A stretch of DNA of 62,063 nucleotides, counting the filler. It is 7 parts of 7 records of this genome, joined end to end, with 100 filler letters (N's around TTAATTAATTAA, not from the genome) between each part and the next. Parts side by side here need not be neighbours in the genome. Positions count along the whole stretch, not along the records: positions 20,978 to 27,348 come from DRR723986_17292; positions 27,449 to 38,266 come from DRR723986_17293; 5 more parts are not named here. One strand, written 5' to 3'. How positions within the stretch are numbered: position 1 is the stretch's first letter; each line of letters begins with the position of its first letter. The translations under genes and the position numbers were made by a program. The notes below the pieces were generated by a model. The model was not told where the DNA came from. It did not search any database and worked only from the letters and a program-made list of their open reading frames with translations. This document shows positions 22,698 to 32,951 of this stretch, one piece after another.

Positions 22698-22832
22698 ATG
22701 GCAGAACATAAGCACGGCTCGATGGACATCACCACGCAGGAAAAGACCTTCGAGGGGTTCATCACCTTCACCATCCGCGCGGTGATCGTGATCCTGTGCC
22801 TTGTGGTCTTCATGGCGATCTTCAACGCCTGA
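22698..22832 (+). CDS. ctaH: aa3-type cytochrome c oxidase subunit IV
   Basis: 44-aa MAEHKHGSMDITTQEKTFEGF + one TM helix ending in FNA, matching Rhodobacterales subunit IV. Confidence 0.85.
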   Translation: MAEHKHGSMDITTQEKTFEGFITFTIRAVIVILCLVVFMAIFNA

Positions 22833-22966
22833 CGCCATGCGCGCGCGGCGGGGGCAGGATTGCCACAGGCCGCGCGCTCTTTCCCGGGATGACGCATTCG
22901 TGCCTTGGGTCCGGCGCCTTGCCGCGCGACCCTTCCCGTCGATTCTGACCTGACTGGGGTGGACCT

Positions 22967-23614
22967 ATGACTTTCCGCGCGCTCTTCGCGGCCCTTGCCT
23001 GTGCCGTTCTGGTCTCGGGCTGTGCCGGCAACGTCTCGGGGCCGAACGCCACGCCGGAAGAGGCGGCGCGCGCCGCCTACCGCCACGATGGCCCGCCCGA
23101 GATCACGCTTTACACGATGATCAACAACCGCAGCGACGCGGGCGCCCATACGGCGATGATGATCAACGCGCCCTCGCAGCGGGTCGTCTTCGATCCCGCC
23201 GGTTCGGTGCGCTTCAACAGCGTGCCCGAGATCGACGACGTGCTCTACGGCATCACGCCGGAGGTGGCGGAGGTCTTCGAAAGCGCCCATGCGCGCGAGA
23301 CCTACCGCGTGCGCGTCCAGTCCAAGATCGTCTCGCCCGAGGTGGCCGAGCGCGCGCTGCAGCTGGTGCAGGGCTACGGCGCGGTGCCGGCGGCGCAATG
23401 CAGCAAGGCAACCTCTGCGATCCTGCGGCAGCTGCCGGGGTTCCAGAGCATCGGGTCCGAGTGGTATCCGACCAATCTCGCCAATGATTTCGCACAGCTG
23501 CCAGGCGTCACGGACCGGGTGCGGCGAGAGATGGACGACGACGACAAGAGCCTTGCGGTGAAGGCCTACGAAGAGGGCAAGCGCCAGCAGCGGCAGGCGC
23601 TGGTCGGCCAGTAG
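22967..23614 (+). CDS. Conserved hypothetical lipoprotein
   Basis: Lipobox LVSGC after a signal peptide; GAHTAM and FDPAGS motifs; GC3-rich codon usage. Confidence 0.8.
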   Translation: MTFRALFAALACAVLVSGCAGNVSGPNATPEEAARAAYRHDGPPEITLYTMINNRSDAGAHTAMMINAPSQRVVFDPAGSVRFNSVPEIDDVLYGITPEVAEVFESAHARETYRVRVQSKIVSPEVAERALQLVQGYGAVPAAQCSKATSAILRQLPGFQSIGSEWYPTNLANDFAQLPGVTDRVRREMDDDDKSLAVKAYEEGKRQQRQALVGQ

Positions 23615-23732
23615 AGCACGCTGCCGTCACGAGGTGGTAACAGGTTTACCCCTCCCTGCCGCCCTCTACCCTGAAGCGATTCGGTGAAGATCCGGTTGAG
23701 GGACATGGCCGGTCTCCGTGCCGGGGGGCGCC

Positions 23733-24066
23733 GCAAGGTCCGCGTCCCGCGACGTTGCCACGGTCCCGGGCGTCGGACGGTGCGCGTCATGCATCAGTGC
23801 CATGATCGTTGAAAGGCTCGCATCACGCGACACCGCCACGATTGCCGGAAGGTCCGCGCAACCCGATATCGCCACCGTCACAGTTGCCGGAACGCCCGCG
23901 TTGTGAGCCATCGACACACTCGCCGGACGGTGCACGTCATGCGACCCCGTCACGAACGCCGGAAGGCTCGCGTCACGCGACCCCGCCACGGTCTCTGAAA
24001 GCCTCGCGTCACGCGATATCGCGAGCGTCACAGTCGCCAAGGCCGTCCGCGTCACGCGATATCGTC
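23733..24066. repeat. Degenerate tandem array of 36/42-nt units (8 full units plus 1 partial)
   Basis: Units start at 23733, 23775, 23811, 23847, 23889, 23925, 23961, 23997 and about 24040; consensus roughly GGAAGGyyCGCGTCACGCGAyAyCGCCACGrTyGCC. Confidence 0.85.
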
Positions 24067-24146
24067 GGCCGTCGCGCCACGCGCGCGGATGTCATCGACT
24101 GCCCTCCGCTCGCGCCCCGGCCTGTCTCGGCCGGAGGGCGGCGTCC

Positions 24147-24470
24147 TCACCCCGCCAGCCAGGCCCCTGCCAGCATCACCGCAGCCCCCGTGCCCATCGC
24201 CGCGTAGAGGTTCTTGGTCACGTAGCCCACGGCCAGCGTCAGGGCGGCGGCGGCAAGGCGCAGGGGGTCGGTCTCTCCCTCCGTGGCCTTGGGCCAGAGC
24301 ACCAGCGGCGCGACCAGCGCGGGCATCACCGCGACGGCGGTGTAGCGCAAATGGCGCAGCAGCCATGGCGGCATGGCGCGGTCGCCCACCAGCCCCAGAA
24401 ACACGAAGCGCAGCCCGAAGGACCCGATCCCCAGCGCCGCGATGACGATCCAGAGCGTCGCCTTATCCAT
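24147..24470 (-). CDS. azlD: AzlD-domain branched-chain amino acid export protein
   Basis: Small hydrophobic protein with LRF.FL and LRYTAVAVMPALV motifs; overlaps the azlC stop. Confidence 0.85.
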   Translation of the reverse strand: MDKATLWIVIAALGIGSFGLRFVFLGLVGDRAMPPWLLRHLRYTAVAVMPALVAPLVLWPKATEGETDPLRLAAAALTLAVGYVTKNLYAAMGTGAAVMLAGAWLAG

Positions 24471-25182
24471 GGGCCGCCTCCCGCATCTCGACGCGGCGTT
24501 CGACCTCTGCCCCGGCCAGCATCCCGAGGACCGCGGCGACCATCAGGCCGAGGTTGTAGGGCAGCCCGGCGAAGGCCAGTGCCGCCAGCGCCGCGACCAG
24601 CGCCGCCACCCGGTGCGCGCCGGTGCGCAGGGCCGGGCCGAGCATCGCGAGGAAGGCCAGCGGCAGCACGAAGTCGAGACCGAGCCCCGAGGGCACGGTC
24701 TCTCCGATCAGGGCGCCGACCACGGTGAAAGCGTACCACGGCGGGCAGATCGGCGTCGCGACCCCCATGAAATAGGCGTAGCGTTCGGCCCGCGTCATCT
24801 CTGGCCGCTTGTCGAACTCGATGGCCGAGGCGGCGTAGGTCTGGTCGACGAGGAAATAGGCCGCAAGGATCCGCTTCTTCAGGCTCAGCCCGCCGAGGTA
24901 GGGTGTGATCGAGGCGGAATACATCGCCATCCGCAGGTTCACCGCCAGCGCCGAGACGATGACGATCAGCGTCGGCGCCTGTTCGGACATCAGTTGCAGC
25001 GCGGTGAACTGCGCCGCCCCCGCGATCACGACGATGGAAAAGCCGAGCGCTTCGAGCAGGCTCAGCCCCGCCTCGGTGGCCAGAACGCCGAAGAGGACGG
25101 CGAAGGGGCCGACCACCATCAGGAAGGGAAAGCCGTCCCGGACGCCGCGCCAGTAGCTTGACTTCACGCTGTCCTTTGCCAT
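24463..25182 (-). CDS. azlC: AzlC-family permease
   Basis: G.RDGFP, AGAAQF, VNLRM..YSAS, GLDF..PLAF motifs; ATG 25182. Confidence 0.9.
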   Translation of the reverse strand: MAKDSVKSSYWRGVRDGFPFLMVVGPFAVLFGVLATEAGLSLLEALGFSIVVIAGAAQFTALQLMSEQAPTLIVIVSALAVNLRMAMYSASITPYLGGLSLKKRILAAYFLVDQTYAASAIEFDKRPEMTRAERYAYFMGVATPICPPWYAFTVVGALIGETVPSGLGLDFVLPLAFLAMLGPALRTGAHRVAALVAALAALAFAGLPYNLGLMVAAVLGMLAGAEVERRVEMREAAHG

Positions 25183-25233
25183 GACTGGCCCCCGATCCCG
25201 TTCCCCGTTCGACCTATCCAAGGCCCTGACCAG

Positions 25234-26109
25234 ATGCAATCGCCCGCCTCCGACTACCTCATCGCGCCGCTTGCGGGGGACCGTCGCCTGACCCGCACGG
25301 TGGCCGGCACGGATCACACCGGCGCCGCGATCGAGACCAGCGTCGTCGAAGAGCGCCCGCTGACGATCTACCTGAACCGGCAGGAGATCGTCACCGCCAT
25401 GACCATCGGCGACTACCCCGAGTATCTGGCGCTGGGCTTCCTGCGCAATCAGGGGATGCTGGGCGACGACGAGGTGGTGACCGGCGTCGATTACGACGAG
25501 GAGATCGAGACGGTGGTGGTGCGCACCGCCTCCGAGACTACCTACGAGGAGAAGCTGCAGAAGAAGACCCGGACCTCGGGCTGCGCCGTTGGCACGGTCT
25601 TCGGCGACATGATGGAGGGGCTGGAGGCGGTGAGCCTGCCGCCCGCGCCGGTGCGGACCTCTTGGCTTTATGCCTTGGCAGCGAAGATCAACACCACGCC
25701 CTCACTGTATCTGGAGGCCGGGGCGATCCATGGCACGGTGCTGTGTCAGGGCGACCGCCCGCTGGTCTACATGGAGGACGTGGGCCGTCACAACGCCGTC
25801 GACAAGATCGCCGGGTGGATGTTCCGCGAGGGCGTCTCGCCCGACGACAAGATCCTCTACACCACCGGGCGGCTGACCTCGGAGATGGTCATCAAGACGG
25901 CGCTCATGGGCATCCCCGTGCTGGCCTCGCGGTCGGGGTTCACCGCTTGGGGCGTGGAGATCGCGCGGCAGGTGGGACTGACCTGCATCGGGCGGATGCG
26001 CGGCAAGCGCTTCGTCTGCCTGTCGGGCGAGGATCGCCTGATCCGCGACATGGACCCCGACGCGGTGCCCGAGGAAGACCGCAAGAGCCGCCGCAAGAGC
26101 GCGGAATGA
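25234..26109 (+). CDS. fdhD: Formate dehydrogenase accessory sulfurtransferase
   Basis: EERPLTI, SGC..G, EDVGRHNAVDK, TGRLTSEMV.K. Confidence 0.93.
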   Translation: MQSPASDYLIAPLAGDRRLTRTVAGTDHTGAAIETSVVEERPLTIYLNRQEIVTAMTIGDYPEYLALGFLRNQGMLGDDEVVTGVDYDEEIETVVVRTASETTYEEKLQKKTRTSGCAVGTVFGDMMEGLEAVSLPPAPVRTSWLYALAAKINTTPSLYLEAGAIHGTVLCQGDRPLVYMEDVGRHNAVDKIAGWMFREGVSPDDKILYTTGRLTSEMVIKTALMGIPVLASRSGFTAWGVEIARQVGLTCIGRMRGKRFVCLSGEDRLIRDMDPDAVPEEDRKSRRKSAE

Positions 26110-26245
26110 GCACGCCGCGCGGCTTCGGTGCGGGGCGCCCGCCCTTGACGGCGGGGGCCCGGGTTCTCCACACTGCCTGTCCGGCTGGCGGGGGCCAGCG
26201 TCCCCGCAGGGCGGGACGGCGCGCCGGAAGAGCGGGGGCAGGGGC

Positions 26246-26662
26246 ATGAAGGACGACATGGACAGCGACACCAGACTGCGAGAGGCCATCGCCGCCGCCC
26301 GCGACTTCATCCGCGACCGGCAGCGCGGGGACTGGCATTCGGTCGCCTCTGTCGTGCTGACCGCCTCGGGCAAGCGCTACATCGGCATGAACCTCGACAG
26401 CACCCTGCCGCGCGCCAGCATCTGCGCCGAGCCGGTGGCCATCGGCATGGCCAAGGCCGCCGACCCGGACGATGCGGTGCTGTTCTGCGGCGCCGTCAAC
26501 CGGCGTGGAGAGGTCATCCCGCCCTGCGGATCCTGCCGCGAGTTGATGCTGGATTACGCGCCCGGCGCGCTGGTGGCGGTGCCGGAGGGCGAGGACATGG
26601 CCTTTCGCCCGCTCTCGGACCTGATGCCCGCCGCCTACAAGCACGGGAAGCGCAAGCCGTGA
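26246..26662 (+). CDS. Cytidine-deaminase-family protein, blasticidin-S deaminase (Bsr/Bsd)-like
   Basis: Zn motifs CAE and PCGSC; GTGA overlap with mobA. Confidence 0.85.
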   Translation: MKDDMDSDTRLREAIAAARDFIRDRQRGDWHSVASVVLTASGKRYIGMNLDSTLPRASICAEPVAIGMAKAADPDDAVLFCGAVNRRGEVIPPCGSCRELMLDYAPGALVAVPEGEDMAFRPLSDLMPAAYKHGKRKP

Positions 26663-27288
26663 AGCAACCGCTGGGCGTGATCCTCGCGGGCGGGCAGGCG
26701 ACCCGCATGGGCGGTGGCGACAAGGCGCTGCTGAGCCTTGGCGGGCGGACGCTGCTGGACCGCGTGACCGAGCGGCTGGCGCCGCAGGTGGGCGCGGTGC
26801 TTCTGAACGCGAACGGCGATGCGGCGCGGTTCGCGTCTACGGGCCTGCCGGTGCGCCCCGATCCGCTGCCGGATTTCCCCGGCCCGCTGGCGGGCGTTCT
26901 CGCGGGGCTCGACTGGGCCGCCGAACAGGGCGCCGAGACGGTGGTCAGCGTCGCCGCCGACACGCCCTTCTTCCCCGAAGACCTCGTGCCGCGCCTGCTG
27001 ATGGCCTCGGAGGGGCAGGCGCACCCGCTGGTGCTTGCCGCGACCGAGGGCGAGGCAGAGACCCGCAGCCGCGCCCGGTCCGGCCTGATCCGGCACCCGA
27101 CCTTCGGCGTCTGGCCGGTGGCGCTGCGCGACGATCTGCGCGCGGCCCTGCGCGACGGGCTGCGCAAGGTCGTGCTCTGGACGGACCGCCACGGCGGGCG
27201 CGAGACGGTCTTTCCCGGCGCGGGCTTCGACCCCTTCTTCAACATCAACACCCCCGAGGATCTCTCGCGGGCGGAGGCCATGCTGTGA
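26659..27288 (+). CDS. mobA: Molybdenum cofactor guanylyltransferase
   Basis: LAGGQATRMGGGDK, GPLAG.LAG, DTPF, FFNINTPEDL. Confidence 0.95.
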   Translation: MKQPLGVILAGGQATRMGGGDKALLSLGGRTLLDRVTERLAPQVGAVLLNANGDAARFASTGLPVRPDPLPDFPGPLAGVLAGLDWAAEQGAETVVSVAADTPFFPEDLVPRLLMASEGQAHPLVLAATEGEAETRSRARSGLIRHPTFGVWPVALRDDLRAALRDGLRKVVLWTDRHGGRETVFPGAGFDPFFNINTPEDLSRAEAML

Positions 27289-27348
27289 ATGTCTACGGTG
27301 TCACCGGCTGGAAGAACGGCGGCAAGACCGGCCTGATGGAGCGGCTGG
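27285..27348 (+). CDS. mobB: Molybdopterin-guanine dinucleotide biosynthesis protein B, N-terminal fragment
   Basis: GTG overlapping the mobA stop; reads MNVYGVTGWKNGGKTGLMERL (P-loop). Not in the supplied ORF track. Confidence 0.85.
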
Positions 27349-27448
27349 NNNNNNNNNNNNNNNNNNNNNNNNNNNNNNNNNNNNNNNNNNNNTTAATTAA
27401 TTAANNNNNNNNNNNNNNNNNNNNNNNNNNNNNNNNNNNNNNNNNNNN
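27349..27448. other. Artificial contig spacer
   Basis: N-run + TTAATTAATTAA + N-run. Confidence 0.98.
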
Positions 27449-28752
<1,304 letters not shown>

Positions 28753-28815
28753 TTAGGGCTAACAGATCCGGGAATGTGTTCACTATACAGGACGTGTTGG
28801 CGCAAACCTGAGGCG

Positions 28816-29700
28816 TCACGCCGCAGCCAGACGCGCCGCCCGCGCCACGCGTTGTTCCCGCACCACCGTGTACAACCCGGAGGCTATGATCAATCCAGCC
28901 CCTGCCAGAGTCATCAGATCGGGGCGTTCACCAAAGACAATCATCCCCATCAGAATGGAAAACAGCAGGCGCGTATAGCGGAATGGGGTCACGGCCGAGG
29001 CATCGCCAATGCGCATGGCCGCTACGATCCCATAATATCCAAGAACGCCGAACACGATGCCGCCGCCGATCTGGGCCCACTCCAACCCCTGCAACATCCG
29101 GGTTTCACCGGGCAACAAGACCAAAAGCGTCAAACCGGCTGGAAGCAACATCATGAATCCTTGAAAGCTGACCACACTGGAGGGAACCGCACTGTCCATC
29201 ACCCGGGTCATCAGATCACGGGTGGCAACGCCAGCCACCGCCAGCAAGACCAGCAAAACCGCAGGGTCAAAGGTATCCAACCCCGGACGTATGATCATCA
29301 AAACACCGATAAATCCGACACAGACCGCGCTCCACCGGCGCCAACCGACTTGTTCGCCCAGAAATAGTGCCGCGCCCATGGTGATGGCCAAAGGAGTCGC
29401 CTGGAATACGGCGGCCACAGTGGAAATATCGACCAGCGACAAAGCCCCGGCAAAGCCGACGGCGGAAATCGCCTCGGTCACCGCGCGTAAAACTGGCTGC
29501 ATACGCCAAGCCCGTGGCATGAACACAGAATGCCCTTGCACCCGTGCCAGCACGTAAAACACCATCATGCTGCCGATACCCAGCATGATCAACACTTGGC
29601 CCACAGCCACCGAAGACGACAGGTTCTTGATAAACGTGTCTTCCATTGTGAATGCCGCCATCGACGCCACCACCAGCAAAATGCCGTTGAGGTTGTTCAT
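28816..29700 (-). CDS. DMT/EamA family transporter
   Basis: About 10 TM helices, LGEQVGWRRW..V.VGF.GV..IIRPG, PFRY, FGERP. Confidence 0.9.
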   Translation of the reverse strand: MNNLNGILLVVASMAAFTMEDTFIKNLSSSVAVGQVLIMLGIGSMMVFYVLARVQGHSVFMPRAWRMQPVLRAVTEAISAVGFAGALSLVDISTVAAVFQATPLAITMGAALFLGEQVGWRRWSAVCVGFIGVLMIIRPGLDTFDPAVLLVLLAVAGVATRDLMTRVMDSAVPSSVVSFQGFMMLLPAGLTLLVLLPGETRMLQGLEWAQIGGGIVFGVLGYYGIVAAMRIGDASAVTPFRYTRLLFSILMGMIVFGERPDLMTLAGAGLIIASGLYTVVREQRVARAARLAAA

Positions 29701-29970
29701 GTGTCTGTCTCTTTGTCAGAAAGTCGCGCGGGTCCATTGCGGACCTTGGTAGCCCAGAAAAAGCCGACTTTGCGCGGTACAGCAAGCATTATGACCCGCT
29801 TTGCCATGAATAGAATTGAAACGATTCATCAAGATCTGTGATGTGTCGCAATCAAACCATTCTGCATGTCGGTTTCGGATCAACGATCTGCTTTGATCGC
29901 GCATTGAAACACGGGAGCCCGCAAAAACACGCTGGTAACCAAAGCGACGACGCCTACAAGCACTCGGCCG

Positions 29971-30381
29971 TTATTTCCGGATCGGCACGCCGTAGAGTTC
30001 CAGTTTGTGCCCGCGCAACTCGTAGCCCAGTTTCGCGGCGATCTTTTCCTGCAGGGCTTCGATATCGGGATCGACGAATTCTATCACTTCGCCTGTGTTC
30101 ATGTCGATCAGATGGTCGTGGTGATCACGTTCGGCATCCTCATACCGCGCGCGGCCATCACCGAATTCCAGCCGTTCCAATATGCCGGCCTCTTCGAACA
30201 GTTTTACGGTCCGATACACTGTAGCAATCGAAATCCCGCTGTCGATGGCACTGGCGCGGGCATAAAGTTCCTCGACATCCGGGTGATCCGCGCTTTCTTG
30301 CAGGACACGTGCAATAACCCGGCGCTGGCCGGTCATGCGCAGCCCTTTTGCTTCGCAGCGTCTGATGATTGTGTCCGACAT
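29971..30381 (-). CDS. fur: Fur-family regulator (Fur/Mur type)
   Basis: GLRMTGQR, HPDVEELY, SIATVYRT, HHDHLID. Confidence 0.92.
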   Translation of the reverse strand: MSDTIIRRCEAKGLRMTGQRRVIARVLQESADHPDVEELYARASAIDSGISIATVYRTVKLFEEAGILERLEFGDGRARYEDAERDHHDHLIDMNTGEVIEFVDPDIEALQEKIAAKLGYELRGHKLELYGVPIRK

Positions 30382-30496
30382 AGTGCGTTCCCTGCTCGTC
30401 TGAGAATCTGGTTTATTACGTCTTAACCGCCACGGCTACCGACTTTTGCAACTTGTCCCCAGTTGACTTTTCCACAGGCAGGGGCCATGTGGCATC

Positions 30497-30736
30497 CCAA
30501 GCCCTGTCCTCTGCCGCGTGAGCAGACAAGAACCAAGAGCGTATACAGCGCCCCGGCCATCACAGGCCGAGACCCGGACAAGGCCTACTGTTCCCAAGAT
30601 CACGCGTGGGGCAAAGCGCCGGACCGACCCGACTTGGCATGATGCCATCGGGTCCGAGGATTCGCGCGCCCCAACAGCCGCGCGAATTGCGGCGCACAAG
30701 CGTTGCCCATGTTGGGTGGCGCGAAAGGACACGACG
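30497..30736 (+). promoter_or_regulatory. Long structured 5' leader of the DEAD-box helicase gene
   Basis: Nested inverted repeats (see findings); TTGACT -35-like element at 30463. Confidence 0.55.
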
Positions 30737-32095
30737 TTGAGCGATTTTGAAATGATGGGCCTGCCAAAGGCCCTGGTGAACCGTTTGAAAGAAAACGGGA
30801 TCACTGAACCCACCCCGATTCAGGCCCGTGCCATCCCGCACGCGCTGAACGGCGAAGACATTCTGGGTCTAGCCCAGACCGGCACCGGCAAAACCGCCGC
30901 CTTTGGTTTGCCACTGATCACGCTGATGATGCGGTATGAACAACGCGTTCCGAAATACCATGTGCGCAGCCTGATCTTGGCCCCCACCCGCGAGCTGGCC
31001 TCGCAGATCACTGAAAACCTCCGAGGTATGATCCAAAATACACCGCTGAAAATCACCCTGGTGGTTGGCGGCGTGTCGATCAACCCGCAGATCAGCCGCC
31101 TTGAGCGCGGAACCGATATTCTGGTGGCCACACCCGGTCGCCTGATGGACCTGATGGACCGCCGTGCTGTGGATCTTGAGGCGTGTTCTTTCCTGGTGCT
31201 GGACGAAGCGGACCAGATGCTGGACCTCGGGTTTATCCATGCGCTGCGCAAAATCGCGGCCGTTCTGCCCACTGAGCGCCAGACCATGCTGTTTTCGGCC
31301 ACTATGCCCAAGCAGATGAACGAGATTGCACAGAGCTATCTGAACAAACCCCGCCGGGTCGAAGTGTCGCCTCCGGGCAAGGCTGCGGATAAGGTCACGC
31401 AGGAAATCCACTTTATCGCCAAGGCAGAAAAGTCGAAGCTGCTGATCGAACTGCTGGACAAGCACCGCGACGAACGCGCGATTGTTTTTGGGCGTACCAA
31501 ACACGGGTCCGACAAGCTGGCGCGCGTTTTGGAAAAAGCGGGATATGCTACGGCAGCGGTTCACGGCAACAAAAGCCAGGGCCAGCGCGACCGCGCGATC
31601 AAGTCCTTTAAATCGGGTGAGGTCAAAGTTCTGGTTGCAACCGATGTGGCCGCTCGGGGTTTGGATATTCCAGACGTCAAGCACGTCTACAACTACGACC
31701 TGCCCAATGTGCCTGACAGCTATGTCCACCGGATCGGCCGGACAGCGCGCGCTGGCAAAGACGGTGCAGCCATTGCGTTCTGTTCACCGGATGAGATGGA
31801 CGAATTGAAAGCGATCCAAAAGGTTTTGGGAACGCAGATCCCTGTGGCCTCGGGCCGGGCGTGGGAGCCGATTCAGGACCCTAACAAGCCCAAACCAGCC
31901 AAAGGCCGTCGTGGTGGCCGTGGTGGACGCCCCGGTGGCAATGGCGGAGGCAACAACGCTGGCGGTAAACCCGGCGCGAGTTCTGGCGGCAATTCTGCTG
32001 GTGGCGCAGGCGGTGGTGAAGGCAAGCCCGGTGGCGCGCGTCGTCGCCGTCGTGGCCCCCCACGTGGCAAAGGTGGCCCACGTCAGGCAGCCTAA
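30737..32095 (+). CDS. DEAD-box RNA helicase (RhlE-like) with Gly/Arg-rich tail
   Basis: TTG start after AAAGGA; Q motif PTPIQ, AQTGTGKT, PTRELA, DEAD, SAT, HRIGRTAR. Confidence 0.95.
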   Translation: MSDFEMMGLPKALVNRLKENGITEPTPIQARAIPHALNGEDILGLAQTGTGKTAAFGLPLITLMMRYEQRVPKYHVRSLILAPTRELASQITENLRGMIQNTPLKITLVVGGVSINPQISRLERGTDILVATPGRLMDLMDRRAVDLEACSFLVLDEADQMLDLGFIHALRKIAAVLPTERQTMLFSATMPKQMNEIAQSYLNKPRRVEVSPPGKAADKVTQEIHFIAKAEKSKLLIELLDKHRDERAIVFGRTKHGSDKLARVLEKAGYATAAVHGNKSQGQRDRAIKSFKSGEVKVLVATDVAARGLDIPDVKHVYNYDLPNVPDSYVHRIGRTARAGKDGAAIAFCSPDEMDELKAIQKVLGTQIPVASGRAWEPIQDPNKPKPAKGRRGGRGGRPGGNGGGNNAGGKPGASSGGNSAGGAGGGEGKPGGARRRRRGPPRGKGGPRQAA

Positions 32096-32133
32096 TCAAT
32101 ATGGCATCGTGCGGATTGTTCCGCGCGATGCCT

Positions 32134-32835
32134 TTATCCCAGCATCAGGTCTGCCCAGACAGGCAAGTGGTCTGATGCGACAGAGGCCGGGCGTTTGTCA
32201 TGCACCCCATGATCCAAGGCCGTGACCCCTTCGCTGAGCGCAATGCGATCCAAAGCTCCCACCGGGCGCGGCGCGGGAAAGCTGGCGACAGGCGCTAAAA
32301 ACCGCATATCGGGCGCCAGACGGTCCAAGATAGGCTGGTTTGACCATTCATTGAAATCCCCGGCCCATACCGTTGGCATCTTTGGCAATTTTGCCATTTC
32401 CGTACCAAGGTGAATAATCTGATGGCGACGGGACGCGGACAGCAATCCAAGATGCATCCCTACAACTCTGACTGGCCCGTGTGCGGTTTCAAATTCGACC
32501 CGCACCGCACCACGCGGTTCAAACCCCGGTAACGTGTGATGGCCCAGCGCGGTAAGTGTAAGATCATCGCTTTTCCAGATCACCGCGTTGCCATGCCAGC
32601 CAAGGCTGCCTGCCCCGCCCAGATCGGCAATCTGCCATCCCGCCTCGTTCAAAACAAAATGCGACAATGCAGCTGGGCGCGGCGGCAATCGTTTGTCCGC
32701 CTCTTGCAAGACAACGATCTGAGCGCGCATCCGCTCGATGACTTGAACTGTACGGCGCGGATAGCGGCGCAAATCCAGCCCGACGCATTTTTGGATATTG
32801 TAACTTGCCAGACGAAAATGAGCTGAATTGGGCAT
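32134..32835 (-). CDS. Endonuclease/exonuclease/phosphatase family protein
   Basis: SYNI, LQEAD, GDFNEW, LDRI, SDHLP. Confidence 0.9.
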   Translation of the reverse strand: MPNSAHFRLASYNIQKCVGLDLRRYPRRTVQVIERMRAQIVVLQEADKRLPPRPAALSHFVLNEAGWQIADLGGAGSLGWHGNAVIWKSDDLTLTALGHHTLPGFEPRGAVRVEFETAHGPVRVVGMHLGLLSASRRHQIIHLGTEMAKLPKMPTVWAGDFNEWSNQPILDRLAPDMRFLAPVASFPAPRPVGALDRIALSEGVTALDHGVHDKRPASVASDHLPVWADLMLG

Positions 32836-32951
32836 GAACACTCTTAAACTGGAAACCGCTGCGTATTTAGTGAGCCAGCCGACGCAGCGGCGCAAGGCAG
32901 AACGCACTGCCTGCGCTTGACAGTCGCGTTTACCGCCCATCCAGTGAGCGC

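Noticed and set aside
23733..24066. CRISPR interpretation of the 36-nt periodic array
   Set aside because: Units are contiguous and homologous along their whole length; no invariant repeat with unique spacers, no leader, no cas genes.
30518..30736. N-terminal extension of the DEAD-box ORF
   Set aside because: The Q-motif region begins at TTG 30737 with a good RBS; the upstream part is better explained as a structured UTR.
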